DNA from: Candidatus Omnitrophota bacterium
GTDB taxonomy: Bacteria; Omnitrophota; Gorgyraeia; Zapsychrales; Fredricksoniimonadaceae
NCBI GenBank assembly: GCA_903860135.1
Contig: CAIOPG010000011.1
Coordinates: 320-64,319, forward strand
Length of the DNA: 64,000 nucleotides
Direction of reading: 5' to 3'
Part shown: positions 29,903-40,445 of the stretch, piece by piece
Layout of the letters: each line of letters begins with the position of its first letter
How positions within the stretch are numbered: position 1 is the first letter of the stretch
Made by a program: the position numbers and the translations under genes
The notes under the pieces: model-generated
The model's database searches: none
What the model was told of the DNA's origin: nothing
Seen by the model: the letters and a program-made list of their open reading frames with translations, nothing else

Positions 29903-30628
29903 TTATTTGATTTCAACCTGGATATCTACCTTGGCACCCTGACGCTTGACAGACTGATTCTGACCATCCTTAAGCAAGTATCCGTTATTCCCATACAGCA
30001 TTTCAAGCCTGTCATGCTGTTTTTGAGCAGCATCCCTTACAGCCGCCGCTTCTTTTTCAAGCACACGGATATTCTTTTTCATCACCCTGATATGCTTGCG
30101 GTATGCCACAATACTTGTCCTGATGTCAGAGGCATTGGAAAGGTCGGGCTGAAAGACCGCGAGATCCTTGCGCACGGTTTCCAAATCGCCCTCAAGACGC
30201 TTGCTCTTGCTCTTGAAAGCATTGATCATCGCCTCAAGGGAATCTCCTTTAGCCTTGGCTTTTTCCTTGTAACGTTCGAACGATTGCACCGTCAAACGCA
30301 TCGCCTCGTTCATGGCCTGTACGGACGCCAGTTGAGCGCGCGAAAGATCGAGTTCAACCTTGGCGGCTTCAAGTTTTGCGGTTAATTCGGCAACCTTCTG
30401 ATCGGCCGACGCCAGAAGAGACTTCGTCTGTTGATACTCCTTCATATAATAATTCAAATTAACAGACTGTTCCTGAGCCGCCGCCTCAAGGCTAACCACG
30501 GTCTGCTGAAGTGTTTGATAATTTTTCAACCAGATAGCGAGGGTAAAAAGCGTCAGACCCCCTACCAAAATTAAGGAAATAAGACGAAATTTAGTGCTCT
30601 TTCCAATTTCTTTCATAGATGTACTCAC
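29903..30628 (-). CDS. Membrane-anchored coiled-coil protein
   Basis: N-terminal TM helix, then heptad-rich E/K/A/L sequence. Confidence 0.4.
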   Translation of the reverse strand: MSTSMKEIGKSTKFRLISLILVGGLTLFTLAIWLKNYQTLQQTVVSLEAAAQEQSVNLNYYMKEYQQTKSLLASADQKVAELTAKLEAAKVELDLSRAQLASVQAMNEAMRLTVQSFERYKEKAKAKGDSLEAMINAFKSKSKRLEGDLETVRKDLAVFQPDLSNASDIRTSIVAYRKHIRVMKKNIRVLEKEAAAVRDAAQKQHDRLEMLYGNNGYLLKDGQNQSVKRQGAKVDIQVEIK

Positions 30629-30727
30629 AGGATTGATTAACCTTGAACGTTATAGTATTTTAAACAATGAAAAAGAGTATATCTTTACTCCGAAGCAAAC
30701 ACAAGAAAATTTCATTCTACCGCGGCA

Positions 30728-32530
30728 TCACTTGCTTTTAAAAAGATCAAAGACAGCGTTCACGGCTTGCGCAGCTTCGGGCGTACCTAAAACCTCCTGC
30801 AACTTTTCACTGCCTTGCCCCGCGATCATTTTCTGCGCCAGATATTGCATGTCCGGCATAATCTTAACTTTCAGCAACGTCCCACTCACCTTGACAGGAA
30901 GATAGATCCGCCCCTGCTCATCCTTAAGCCCGGCGAGTTCTCCGGATCTCTCTGTCAGGCGGTCTGACACTTCCTTGACAATGCGTATGTCTGCCTTAAG
31001 GTCCAGCGGGCCTGCCAAATTGATCGTGCCCTGCACCTGAGCCTGCAGATCAGGCGTGGCGACATCTGCCGTAGAAATATGCACAATACCATCAGCGATA
31101 TTCGCCTGCGCAAGGCAGGTGTTCAAACGGGTTATACCCTGGCTCGAGGCCTTCTGTGTTTCAGCCGGAAGCCCTGACATGGCACTTTCAAGAACTCCCG
31201 ATAACAAGGGGATCTTGCCCAAACCAAAGGCCAATAAATTCACATTATCAATCTGCCCGTTACTGATTGCTCCCTTGACATCACCTTTAAGGGAAGCCAT
31301 CACCGCTTCAGGTGTTTTCCCCCGGAACTTCAGATCACCCGTAAAAGCCAGCGCGCCGCTGACCTTCACCGGAAGCTTATAGCTTTCAAGAAGTTCCTTG
31401 ATATCAATGCCCTCACCGTTAACAAGGGTACTGACCGCAAAATCCGTTAAGTAATCGGAAACCAGCGCCGTGGCCTTGACACTACCACCGGCCACAACAA
31501 GAGAAATATTTTTAACGTCAACATTTTGGGCATTAACATCCGCTTGAATCGCAATATTACGCAGGGTGTCAGGCGCCAGTGTAGAAACAACCTCTCCATT
31601 ATCCAGAAGAACCTGTGCCTTAAGATCCGAAAGCACGGAAGCCCCTGCGGTCAGTTCACCTATGGCAACCGTCACAATCCCCTGGAGCTTTTTCAATCCC
31701 GCAGGGCCGATCATGGGAAGTTCCTGTTTTAAGCGTGCCGGATCAATGCTGGCAAGATCAACCAGTCCCTTCAATCCACTGATGCGCACCTGTTGACGGG
31801 CCATGTCGAATGAAAAATCAGCATCGATCGTCAGATTTTGTTCTTTCGCAAATACAGCGGCCCTGATCAACCCGTGAAATGGCTGTGTGAAATTCAGGTC
31901 GTTCACCTGCAAATCAATATGTTCCAGGCGCAAGGACAGCTCAGGCGTCATCATTTTGTCACTAAAAATAATTTCCGCACCCGAGACTTTGATATCCTTG
32001 ACAAGCAACGCCAGCATAACTGCCGGCATAATGACCGGCGGAGCCTCGGTCGCCGAAGCCTTAATATCAGTTGCAACAAGTCGTTTCCCAATGCCGGCGG
32101 CATTGATCTGCCCATCCGCTGAACGGACAATGACTATCTTGGGCGCAACGACCAGCACATGGGTCACCTGCAAGCTGTGTTGGAACACAAGCGCATTAAG
32201 GTTCAACCCGACCTCTATCCGGTCGACCGTCAAGAACGGTGCCGCGGAGAATTTTGGATCATCCGCTAGGGCGATCGCGCTGATCTGGATCCCTATGCCC
32301 TGACTCAGGGAAAATCCCATGCTCGCCTGCCCGACCTTAACATCCCGTCCCAGCATGGTCGCAAGCTGACGCGTTACCTGGGGAATGTGTTTGTTCAAGT
32401 CAATAGTTTTAAAGAAAATGACAAGTCCCGCCATCAACAAAAACAAGAACGCAAATAAACTAATGAGCACGATCTTTAAAATCTTCATTATCTTCTCCAT
32501 TTTTTTACTACAGGGATCCAAATCGATCAA
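30728..32530 (-). CDS. AsmA-family outer-membrane biogenesis protein
   Basis: N-terminal TM anchor and an AsmA-like beta-rich repeat body (LNLNALVFQ..., GSLKATAL...). Confidence 0.6.
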   Translation of the reverse strand: MIDLDPCSKKMEKIMKILKIVLISLFAFLFLLMAGLVIFFKTIDLNKHIPQVTRQLATMLGRDVKVGQASMGFSLSQGIGIQISAIALADDPKFSAAPFLTVDRIEVGLNLNALVFQHSLQVTHVLVVAPKIVIVRSADGQINAAGIGKRLVATDIKASATEAPPVIMPAVMLALLVKDIKVSGAEIIFSDKMMTPELSLRLEHIDLQVNDLNFTQPFHGLIRAAVFAKEQNLTIDADFSFDMARQQVRISGLKGLVDLASIDPARLKQELPMIGPAGLKKLQGIVTVAIGELTAGASVLSDLKAQVLLDNGEVVSTLAPDTLRNIAIQADVNAQNVDVKNISLVVAGGSVKATALVSDYLTDFAVSTLVNGEGIDIKELLESYKLPVKVSGALAFTGDLKFRGKTPEAVMASLKGDVKGAISNGQIDNVNLLAFGLGKIPLLSGVLESAMSGLPAETQKASSQGITRLNTCLAQANIADGIVHISTADVATPDLQAQVQGTINLAGPLDLKADIRIVKEVSDRLTERSGELAGLKDEQGRIYLPVKVSGTLLKVKIMPDMQYLAQKMIAGQGSEKLQEVLGTPEAAQAVNAVFDLFKSK

Positions 32531-32554
32531 AACCTGTGTGCTGGCAAAAATGCA

Positions 32555-34798
32555 TCAACGGACGGCATTACGGTCGTACACATCAAGCGTGACCTTAATA
32601 TCTTTCAAACGGCCATCTTCAGCAGGCGTTTCAACGCCTTTGGCCTGCCACGCTTTTGTCTGCGCCTTTCTGGCGGCTTCCAAATAATAGGCTGTCTTTT
32701 TATATCCCTTGATCAACGCATCAACCTGACGAAAATCCTCAATAGCTTCCTGATACATTTTTTTATTATAAAGCGTAATGGCATCATTATAAAAACGATC
32801 GACCCCCTCTTCGAATTCCTTCCGGACCGCCGCGCGCTGTTCTTCAAGCTGACGTTTTTGCCGGGCAACCGCCTGCGTTACCATGACATCCGACGTGTCT
32901 TCAGTAGCCGCTCCGCCAGGAAGATCTGTCTCCGTTAATGAAAAATCTTTCTTAGGATCTGGAAATTCCCTAAGGATCGATTGAACCGTCATCCGGTTGC
33001 GGCGTAACATATCTTGCTGTTCTCGATCTCGCTGATCCCTGGAACGCTGCTCCTGCAACTGGTCAGCCACAGCCTTTGCATCCTTCTCAACCTTTCTTTC
33101 CTCCAATAACTTTTGAAGCGCCTGTAGCTTCTTCTTATCAGCTTCTTCATCCGTCTGACGAAGATATTTCGCCTGCTTACGTAGATAGCTTGATTCCAAA
33201 GCCAACGCACGTTTATCCATCAAACGCTTTTGCTCAACGGTCTTTTGCCCCACAACGACGGGTGCCTTCACAGCCTTGCGCACCTTGGCCTCAGATACCT
33301 GTTTGGCTTGGCGCACCGCCAGCTCCTGCGACTGCCTATCCTGCTCGGCGATGGATCTGGCCCTGATACTGCGTTCTTTCAAATAACGGTTTTCGAGCGC
33401 GTTGCGCTCTGCCTCAGAAACCTTCCGGTCTTTAGCCAGAGCATCCGCAACCAGTGCCATATACTTACGCGCAGAACGCTTTTGTGCCGGCGACCCGATC
33501 TCTGCCAATTCCTCAAATTTGATACCAGCCTCCCTGTAGCGCCTGGCGCTGTAAAGGCTCTTGCCCTCTTCAGCAACATTGTTCGCCCGTCTGATCACAA
33601 CCGGCAACCTGACCTGCGGAGCCTCTAGGGCAATGGCACTTTCGGCATTGATCTGCTTCTGCAAGCGCTGGGCTTCAAAGTCACGTTTAGCAAGAAACCG
33701 GTCTATACGGACAATGTAGGATTTTGCCGCATTCTCACACGAAGGATCCATCAGTGCCGCGTCAATAAACTGGGTGCGTGCCTGCACATAATCCTGGCTT
33801 TCGTAGGATTTTTGTGCGGCAGCAAAAATAGCCCCGGACTTTTCCACCGCCGCAGGATCCTGTGAATGGCTTCCTTTACGCGTTTTGCGGCCGGAAACTT
33901 TTTTCTCCCAACGGGAAACATATTGAGTTCTACGGTCTTCCACGCGTGTTTTAACAGCCTGGATGTCTTTGAGGATCGTTTCAAGATCATTGAAACGCGC
34001 TTCCACCGCCGCATATTCCCTGCGGCGCGTCAGGTCCAGGATCTCCACATTAACTGTTGTCGCTTTCCTTGCCAGAACTTGAACCGCCTCACGATCACGC
34101 GCCTCTTCGATCCGCACCTGCTCATCATCTTTAATACGTTCCAACTTGGCGAGATATACGCGGGTGTCTTTAAAGTCATGCGACGCTGTTTCAAGCTTCA
34201 AAAAACACTCGGAAGAAGCACTATAATTCTTCTCACGCCAGAACTTTAATGCCTTCTGATAAAGATCCTCCGCCACCTTATCTGTGGGCACCGGGCACGG
34301 CCTCACCGCCGGAACAACTGCCTTGACCACCGGAGCAACCGGCTTAACCGGCACCATAGCCGCCTTGACCGCCTGACGTTTTAATTTCTCATCTTCCTTA
34401 TGTTTCTGGCGTAAGGCCGCCTCTTCTTCAGACTTCTTCTGGCGCACAACAGCCTCTTCTTCAGCCCTCCGCTGACGCTCCCTATCTGCTATGGCGCGGC
34501 GACGGTCAAGCTCAAGTCCCTCAATGAACTTGTCCACATTGGCAAACGTCCTGGCCGTAGACGCGAGTTCTTTACCTTCTGACAAAGACTTGATGCGCTG
34601 AAGGATCTTTTTGGAACGCGCGGCGATCGCCGCCAACGCTTTATCTTCACGTAAACTCTTCTGGTCTAAAACCGGAGGATTGCCTTGGGAAATATTGCTT
34701 TTGTCAGAAACAGAAGGGGGCTTTTCAGCGGCACTAACAGATATTCCGCCAACAATAGAAAGCAGTGCAATAAAAATAATAAACAGATATTTTTTCAT
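32555..34798 (-). CDS. Secreted 747-aa coiled-coil protein, highly charged (R/E/K/Q/A-rich)
   Basis: Signal peptide MKKYLFIIFIALLSIVGGISVSA. Long low-complexity alpha-helical coiled coil. Confidence 0.4.
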   Translation of the reverse strand: MKKYLFIIFIALLSIVGGISVSAAEKPPSVSDKSNISQGNPPVLDQKSLREDKALAAIAARSKKILQRIKSLSEGKELASTARTFANVDKFIEGLELDRRRAIADRERQRRAEEEAVVRQKKSEEEAALRQKHKEDEKLKRQAVKAAMVPVKPVAPVVKAVVPAVRPCPVPTDKVAEDLYQKALKFWREKNYSASSECFLKLETASHDFKDTRVYLAKLERIKDDEQVRIEEARDREAVQVLARKATTVNVEILDLTRRREYAAVEARFNDLETILKDIQAVKTRVEDRRTQYVSRWEKKVSGRKTRKGSHSQDPAAVEKSGAIFAAAQKSYESQDYVQARTQFIDAALMDPSCENAAKSYIVRIDRFLAKRDFEAQRLQKQINAESAIALEAPQVRLPVVIRRANNVAEEGKSLYSARRYREAGIKFEELAEIGSPAQKRSARKYMALVADALAKDRKVSEAERNALENRYLKERSIRARSIAEQDRQSQELAVRQAKQVSEAKVRKAVKAPVVVGQKTVEQKRLMDKRALALESSYLRKQAKYLRQTDEEADKKKLQALQKLLEERKVEKDAKAVADQLQEQRSRDQRDREQQDMLRRNRMTVQSILREFPDPKKDFSLTETDLPGGAATEDTSDVMVTQAVARQKRQLEEQRAAVRKEFEEGVDRFYNDAITLYNKKMYQEAIEDFRQVDALIKGYKKTAYYLEAARKAQTKAWQAKGVETPAEDGRLKDIKVTLDVYDRNAVR

Positions 34799-34899
34799 GA
34801 AAACTCTTGGCCTCTCGACAAAGATTGAGGGATGCAGGTTAAAACGGTTTATAGTAGCACAGCCCCAGATGCTTGTTCCACATTTTTTTCAGGAAAGAA

Positions 34900-35607
34900 T
34901 TACAGGCAGCGGGAAAGAAATGCCGTCACCGCTGTTTCCACACGCAATACCCTGGGCCCAAGCCCCGCCAAAGAACAGCCCGCGGCACAAAAAGCATCGA
35001 GCTCCTGCGCGATAAACCCGCCTTCAGGCCCGATCACAAGGACTTTCGGTCCAGGCCAAGGGATACCGATCTTGTCCCCCGAAGGATCTGCGACCAACCC
35101 CCTGCGGCCCTCCAACAATTTCGGCAAGTCCTCTTGCATAAAAGACTTCTGGCAACGATGCAGAAAAACCGCAGGCATAACCGTATCCCTTGCCTGTTCA
35201 AGGCCAAGGATAAGCTGTTCCCGGATATCTGTTGCTTCAAGCGCGGTGCTTTGCCAGAAACTTTTTTCAACCCGCTGAGAGTGAAAAACGTGAATGGCCT
35301 CAACCCCCATGGCTGTGGCTGACTGCAAGACCCGCCGGAAAACAGGCGGCCGCATAAGCGCGACCGCCAGGATAACCGGTATCTTCAGTGGAGCGTCTTG
35401 CGACAAAGCAATATCCATTTCCAACTCACTGTCGGTCAATCGGACAACAACCCCCTGCCCTGTTCGGCCATTCTCAACCCCAACAATAAGCCTGTCACCA
35501 ACAACGGCGCGATGAATAGCCATCACATGGGCATGGCGACGTCCGGCAAGAATAACCCTGCTTGTAGCGGGAATAAAATCGGAAGGAAAGAGGAGGATTA
35601 GATTCAT
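34900..35607 (-). CDS. rsmE: 16S rRNA (uracil1498-N3)-methyltransferase
   Basis: RsmE-like length (235 aa) and sequence pattern (PUA-like N-terminus, SPOUT C-terminus). Confidence 0.65.
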   Translation of the reverse strand: MNLILLFPSDFIPATSRVILAGRRHAHVMAIHRAVVGDRLIVGVENGRTGQGVVVRLTDSELEMDIALSQDAPLKIPVILAVALMRPPVFRRVLQSATAMGVEAIHVFHSQRVEKSFWQSTALEATDIREQLILGLEQARDTVMPAVFLHRCQKSFMQEDLPKLLEGRRGLVADPSGDKIGIPWPGPKVLVIGPEGGFIAQELDAFCAAGCSLAGLGPRVLRVETAVTAFLSRCL

Positions 35608-35655
35608 AAAAAGCAGGGGCGTGGGCAGAGCCCTCCACCCCTGCTGATCAACACT

Positions 35656-36051
35656 TTATTCTTCCATCCTGAGGGCCTTGCGCAGGCGCGCCGGGATCAT
35701 GCGCGCGAGGGTGTGCGACTTGACCTTCTTTTTCTGACGATCAACAACAACCTCGACCTGGCGCCGGACAGCAATGAACGCATCGCGCACAACCGCCGAA
35801 AGGTTATCATGAACGTTGCGCCCGGAATCACGCTTGACCACGATCTCGTGATGCGGCGGCATGCGCACATCGATGCGGACATGATAGGTATGCCGGGCAT
35901 GCTGATGGGTCGGGTTCTGCTCGATGAATACGCGGCAGCTGATAATATGATCGCAGGAATGCTCCAGCTTTCCGAGCTTTTCCTGTACAACCGCTTCGAT
36001 CGCGGCTTTGTCATCAACGTTCTTCATGATCAGTTCTAAAGGCAGCTGCAT
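35656..36051 (-). CDS. hpf: Ribosome hibernation-promoting factor / RaiA family
   Basis: 131 aa. KLGKLE...HVRIDV pattern typical of HPF/YfiA. Confidence 0.6.
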   Translation of the reverse strand: MQLPLELIMKNVDDKAAIEAVVQEKLGKLEHSCDHIISCRVFIEQNPTHQHARHTYHVRIDVRMPPHHEIVVKRDSGRNVHDNLSAVVRDAFIAVRRQVEVVVDRQKKKVKSHTLARMIPARLRKALRMEE

Positions 36052-36107
36052 AATACCTCCGTGTTATTGTCTTGATGCTCTTCTTTATTTTCGCCATAAT
36101 TTGCCGT

Positions 36108-36136
36108 TTGTCAACGGCGTAAATGCGGATAATAAT
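36108..36136 (+). promoter_or_regulatory. Candidate promoter for the helicase gene (-35 TTGTCA, 17 nt, -10 ATAAT-like) with a small dyad gccgtt/aacggc
   Basis: ttgtcaacggcgtaaatgcggataataatt directly upstream of the ATG at ~36163 and its aaggg SD. Confidence 0.3.
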
Positions 36137-36162
36137 TGACGCCCCAAAAAACAAGGGCTAGA

Positions 36163-38331
36163 ATGACGGCACTTATGCATTTTGAAGACCTTCTTGTCCG
36201 ACACAATTTCCCTCCGGCTTACCGGCAAGCCCTGCTGGCCGGAGGCATCACCATGCTCCATCCGCCCCAGGCCGATGCCATCCACGCCGGGGTGCTTAAC
36301 GGCACCAATGTCATCCTGGCTGTGCCCACGGCCTCGGGGAAAACGCTGATCGCGGAACTCGCGATACTGAAAGCCATCTTTGAAAAAGGCGGCCGATGCC
36401 TGTATATCGCCCCTCTTAAAGCCCTGGCCAGCGAAAAATACCGCGACTTCAAAAAAAAATACGAACCGCTCGGGATCAAGGTCGGCATCGCCATCGGCGA
36501 TCTTGATTCACCCTCGGCTTATCTGAAAGATTACCAGATCATCATCGCCACCGCCGAAAAGATGGACTCGCTCCTGCGCGCGCGTTCCCCCTGGCTTTCC
36601 AACGGGATCGCCGTCACGGTATTCGATGAGGTCCATGTCATCAATGATGCCAGCCGCGGGCCGACCCTCGAAATTCTTATTACACGCATCCGGCTGATGA
36701 ACCCGGAAATGCAGGTGCTGGCGCTGTCGGCCACCGTCGCCAATGCCCGGGAAATGGCTGACTGGCTGAACGCGAAAGCCGTGATCAGCTCCTGGCGGCC
36801 CATCCCCCTCCATGAAGGTATTTATTACAACAAGCGCCTGACCTATGAAAGCGGGCGCATCAAGATCCTCCATGAAGACGCACCCGATGAAACACAACAG
36901 CTGGTCATGGACACCTTGCGCGGCCAGGGGCAGGTGCTGGTCTTTGTCAATGCCCGGCGTTCCACGCAGTCTGTCGCCCGTGAGCTGTGCCGCTGGGTCG
37001 GGCCTTTGCTCACGCCCGAAGAAAAAGACATCCTGAAAACAGTTGCCAGCGACATCGCACCGGAAACATCCGCCACCAAAGTCTGTAAAAAACTGGCCGA
37101 AGTTGTCGTCCACGGGGTGGCCTTCCACCACGCAGGGCTCAAGCCGGACCAGCGCGAAGCCATTGAGGAAAATTTCAAAAAAAACATCATCAAGGTCATT
37201 TGCTGTACACCAACGCTGGCCGCCGGCGTCAACCTCCCGGCTCGCCGCGCCATTATCCGTGATACCAAGCGCTATGTTTCCGGCGCCGGCTCTGTCTTCA
37301 TCGCGGCATCGGAATACAAGCAGTGCGCCGGCCGCGCAGGCCGCCCGCAATACGATGAATACGGTGAAGCTGTCCTGATCGCCAAATCGCTTTCGGAACA
37401 GGATGCCCTGTTTGACCGCTTTATTCTGGCGCCGCCCGAACCGGTCATCTCCAAACTTTCCGACGAAGCCCAGTTGAGGCGTCACGTTCTGGCCTCGGTG
37501 GCCGGCGGGTATGTCCATGATGTCAACGGCATGTTTGAATTCCTTGAACACACCTTCCTCGCCCATCAGCATAAAGGCGCGAACCTGATCGAACTTGTGG
37601 GCGGCATCTTTGATTTTCTGCACCGGGAACAATTCATCGACAAAAGCGGTTTTAGGTTCTTCCCGACGCCCTTTGGCGCCCGGGTCAGCCGCCTGTACAT
37701 CGACCCTGTTTCGGCTTTAGTGTTAAAGAAAGGCCTGGCCCGCATTGCCGCCGGAACCAATTTCTCGTCGATCGGCATCTTGCACCTTATCTGCTCGTGC
37801 CCGGACAGCGAACGCCTGTCCGTCGGCAAGAAAGGCCTGGAAGAACTTGAAGATTTCGGTAACAAGGTGGCCGATGAGCTGGTCATGACCCGTGAAGATA
37901 TCCAGTCCCTGCAGGATTATTACACATCGCTTGGCGTGCTTAAAACCGTCTGGATGCTGTTACGCTGGATGGATGAAGAAAAAGAAGAAGCTGTTTGCGA
38001 GCGCTTCGACATCGGGCCAGGCGACATTTTCCGCCACACCGAATCCGCCCAATGGCTCGTCTACGCCGCGCAATCGATCGCTGAAGTTTATCAGTTCAAG
38101 AAACTGACCCATTTTCTGGAAGGCTTAAAGAACCGCGTGCGCTACGGCATCAAGGCAGAACTGCTCGAACTCGCCGGGCTCAAAGGTATCGGCCGCATCC
38201 GCGCCCGCGTCCTTTTCGACCACGGCTACCAGACCCGCGCCGATTTCAAGAACGCCACCGAAACCGACCTCGCCCCCATCAAAACCATCGGCCCGGCGCT
38301 GGCGAAGGATATTTTGCGGCAGGTGGGATGA
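36163..38331 (+). CDS. Hel308/Ski2-type superfamily 2 DNA helicase (DEVH box, C-terminal HhH)
   Basis: Walker [15 protein letters not shown] ([10 protein letters not shown]), motif [15 protein letters not shown]-terminal [13 protein letters not shown] HhH. The track start 36136 is an alternative (TTG). The ATG at 36163 has an SD. Confidence 0.8.
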   Translation: MTALMHFEDLLVRHNFPPAYRQALLAGGITMLHPPQADAIHAGVLNGTNVILAVPTASGKTLIAELAILKAIFEKGGRCLYIAPLKALASEKYRDFKKKYEPLGIKVGIAIGDLDSPSAYLKDYQIIIATAEKMDSLLRARSPWLSNGIAVTVFDEVHVINDASRGPTLEILITRIRLMNPEMQVLALSATVANAREMADWLNAKAVISSWRPIPLHEGIYYNKRLTYESGRIKILHEDAPDETQQLVMDTLRGQGQVLVFVNARRSTQSVARELCRWVGPLLTPEEKDILKTVASDIAPETSATKVCKKLAEVVVHGVAFHHAGLKPDQREAIEENFKKNIIKVICCTPTLAAGVNLPARRAIIRDTKRYVSGAGSVFIAASEYKQCAGRAGRPQYDEYGEAVLIAKSLSEQDALFDRFILAPPEPVISKLSDEAQLRRHVLASVAGGYVHDVNGMFEFLEHTFLAHQHKGANLIELVGGIFDFLHREQFIDKSGFRFFPTPFGARVSRLYIDPVSALVLKKGLARIAAGTNFSSIGILHLICSCPDSERLSVGKKGLEELEDFGNKVADELVMTREDIQSLQDYYTSLGVLKTVWMLLRWMDEEKEEAVCERFDIGPGDIFRHTESAQWLVYAAQSIAEVYQFKKLTHFLEGLKNRVRYGIKAELLELAGLKGIGRIRARVLFDHGYQTRADFKNATETDLAPIKTIGPALAKDILRQVG
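38116..38155 (+). repeat. Left copy of an imperfect direct repeat (attL-like) inside the helicase 3' coding region
   Basis: ctggaag(gcttaaag)aaccgcgtgcgCtacggcatcaagg matches 48190-48221 except for an 8-nt indel and 1 mismatch. Confidence 0.7.
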
Positions 38332-38386
38332 TGTTCGACCTACGAAGACCAATACTTCATATTCCCATGACTCAAATGACGTAGTA

Positions 38387-38415
38387 TTGACATTGTGAAC
38401 TTTAAATAGTATCTT
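38387..38415 (+). promoter_or_regulatory. Candidate promoter of brnTA (-35 TTGACA 38387-38392, 17-nt spacer, -10 TATCTT 38410-38415)
   Basis: Read directly, 7 nt upstream of the brnT ATG region. Confidence 0.4.
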
Positions 38416-38421
38416 AACTTT

Positions 38422-38706
38422 ATGCTTTATAAATGGGACATTGATAAGAATGCCTGGCTTAAAGAACATCGAAACGTTTCTTTCGAAGAAATCATTGGGT
38501 GTATCGCAGACCAGAAGATTATCGACGTGATCGAGCATCACAATCAACGAAAATATGCCCATCAAAAGATCATGGTTGTGGCATTAAACGGATACGCTTT
38601 TCATGTCCCATACGTTGAAGATCACGAAGGAAGTTGTTTTCTTAAAACAATAATACCAAGTCGAAAATCAACCAGAAAATATTTGGAGCATACTTATGAA
38701 ACTTGA
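38422..38706 (+). CDS. brnT: BrnT-family (DUF497) ribonuclease toxin
   Basis: 94 aa. WDIDKN...N..KH.VSFEEI family pattern. Overlaps the downstream antitoxin gene by 11 nt. Confidence 0.7.
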   Translation: MLYKWDIDKNAWLKEHRNVSFEEIIGCIADQKIIDVIEHHNQRKYAHQKIMVVALNGYAFHVPYVEDHEGSCFLKTIIPSRKSTRKYLEHTYET

Positions 38707-38971
38707 TAAAGAAGAACAGGCATTATTAAATTCTATTGAGAACAAAGAATGGATGCGGATTAAGAATTTTGAAAGCGAATCAAAAAAGTTACAACAGACC
38801 GCTATCAAAACCCTACGCAAAGATCAACGCATCAGCATTCGCTTAGCCAAGTATGATCTTGATGGGCTCAAGATGAAAGCCGTCGATGAAGGCATTCCCT
38901 ACCAGACAATTATTGCCAGTCTTATTCATAAATACATCACTGGCCGGATCGGCACGAAGATAGTTGCCTAA
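38696..38971 (+). CDS. brnA: BrnA-family antitoxin
   Basis: 91 aa. ISIRL...DLDGLKMKAVDEGIPYQTIIASLIHKY typical of BrnA (RHH-like C-terminus). Toxin-first order as in brnTA. Confidence 0.65.
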   Translation: MKLDKEEQALLNSIENKEWMRIKNFESESKKLQQTAIKTLRKDQRISIRLAKYDLDGLKMKAVDEGIPYQTIIASLIHKYITGRIGTKIVA

Positions 38972-39112
38972 CTTCCTGATTGCCCCACCACTGCCTTGAC
39001 ATCATTATCATGCACGTTCCTCGAACTCATGCCTTTGCCATGGCCATGGACACCGGGTGCCCAGGATCAGAAGTACAAATGCAAGGAAAATGAGCATCTT
39101 GTATCTTCTATA

Positions 39113-39256
39113 AACCCGGATTTTGCAATAGCCAAAGAATTTGTGTCGCAAGCTATTAAAATTAAATGAGTTGTACTATTACAATGCAATAGAAACTGTA
39201 CAATTTAGTGCATTGGGTTTCAGTCGGTATTTTGAGTCTTATTGCAAAATCCGGGA
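39113..39256. repeat. 16-bp perfect inverted repeat (cccggattttgcaata) flanking ~110 bp of AT-rich non-coding DNA. Possible MITE-like element or structured RNA
   Basis: Arms at ~39113-39129 and ~39241-39256, between convergent brnA and the DUF262-HNH gene. Confidence 0.5.
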
Positions 39257-39275
39257 TAAATGTTACCAAATTCTT

Positions 39276-40445
39276 TCACCGATTTCCTTTTGCACGATTA
39301 TGCGACTTGCATAACATCTGACAATTCTTGATATTTGTCCCACCACCCTTGCTCCATGCGGCGACATGGTCAGCGTCCATTTCAGCCAACTTCCAAGACT
39401 TGCTCTTGTTAGCATCATGCCCAAGGGCACAAAGGGGACAGTTTGACGCACCTTTTGCTTCAGCTTTTTTAGTCTGTGATTCAAAAATGGATCTCTTTGT
39501 TGCATCATCAAAAACTCGAACATCCAGCAATTTCGTATCCGTCGAACCGCCAAGGATGTACTCAAAAACACCTTTTCGATTTTTGACATAAGGATCACTG
39601 TGTAACTTTTTTACCTCGTCTGATACCTTGGCTGGACTATACGCCGTTGCGTGATACTCTTCATACAATCGTCCCCACTCAAGCCCGCGCATCTCGCTTG
39701 CAACATCGATAAAGACACTGGAAACCCATTCGATCACGCTGTTGAAATACCTTTTAAGTTCGTTGATATCTGTGTCACGGCGATGCCGACACATATAATC
39801 GCCAATATTACCCTTACTAACCCAATCCAGCGCACATTCCAGAAATTCCTGCCGATTGGCACTACCAGAAATATACGAGCTCCATTTTTGGATATTGGCA
39901 TTTTGACTATTACTAAATTCTTCCTTACCAAGTGTAACAAATGACCCTGAATACACGGCGTTGAGTCGTTCTTGAGCATTGAGTGGGACGCCGACAATAT
40001 TAATTGTTTCGAACCACTCTTTTATCTCACTTTCCGTCCCTTCACATTCATAAATAAGCAGCTTTGTTTCCAATAGCCTATCTTTCTTATCTTTTGCCAT
40101 ACCACTAAAATACTGTGGCATACCGCTTTCATCTGTAATGGCAAATTTCCCCGTCACAAATCGTCCAAGACTGGTAATGCGCTGTTGCCCGTCTAAGACT
40201 TCCAGTTTACTATCGTTGACTTTATTGAAATAAATCAATCCTATAGGGTACCCCTTGAGGACTGATGCGATGACAGCCATTTCTTTCCTGCCGCCGTCAG
40301 AAACATAAATGTAGTTACGCTGATACTCTGGTTGGATAGTCAATTTACCAGATAAGCCGAATAGACCCTTGCCTTCAAGTTCGTTATAAACAAAACCTTC
40401 GCAAATATCTCTAACAGTAATACTCGTCTTAAGCGTTGCTTCCAT
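39276..40445 (-). CDS. DUF262 (ParB-like/GmrSD N-terminal) - HNH nuclease fusion protein
   Basis: N-terminal DGQQRITSL motif (DUF262 DGQQR). C-terminal CPLC...[35 protein letters not shown] motif. ATG overlaps the methyltransferase stop by 17 nt. Confidence 0.75.
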   Translation of the reverse strand: MEATLKTSITVRDICEGFVYNELEGKGLFGLSGKLTIQPEYQRNYIYVSDGGRKEMAVIASVLKGYPIGLIYFNKVNDSKLEVLDGQQRITSLGRFVTGKFAITDESGMPQYFSGMAKDKKDRLLETKLLIYECEGTESEIKEWFETINIVGVPLNAQERLNAVYSGSFVTLGKEEFSNSQNANIQKWSSYISGSANRQEFLECALDWVSKGNIGDYMCRHRRDTDINELKRYFNSVIEWVSSVFIDVASEMRGLEWGRLYEEYHATAYSPAKVSDEVKKLHSDPYVKNRKGVFEYILGGSTDTKLLDVRVFDDATKRSIFESQTKKAEAKGASNCPLCALGHDANKSKSWKLAEMDADHVAAWSKGGGTNIKNCQMLCKSHNRAKGNR

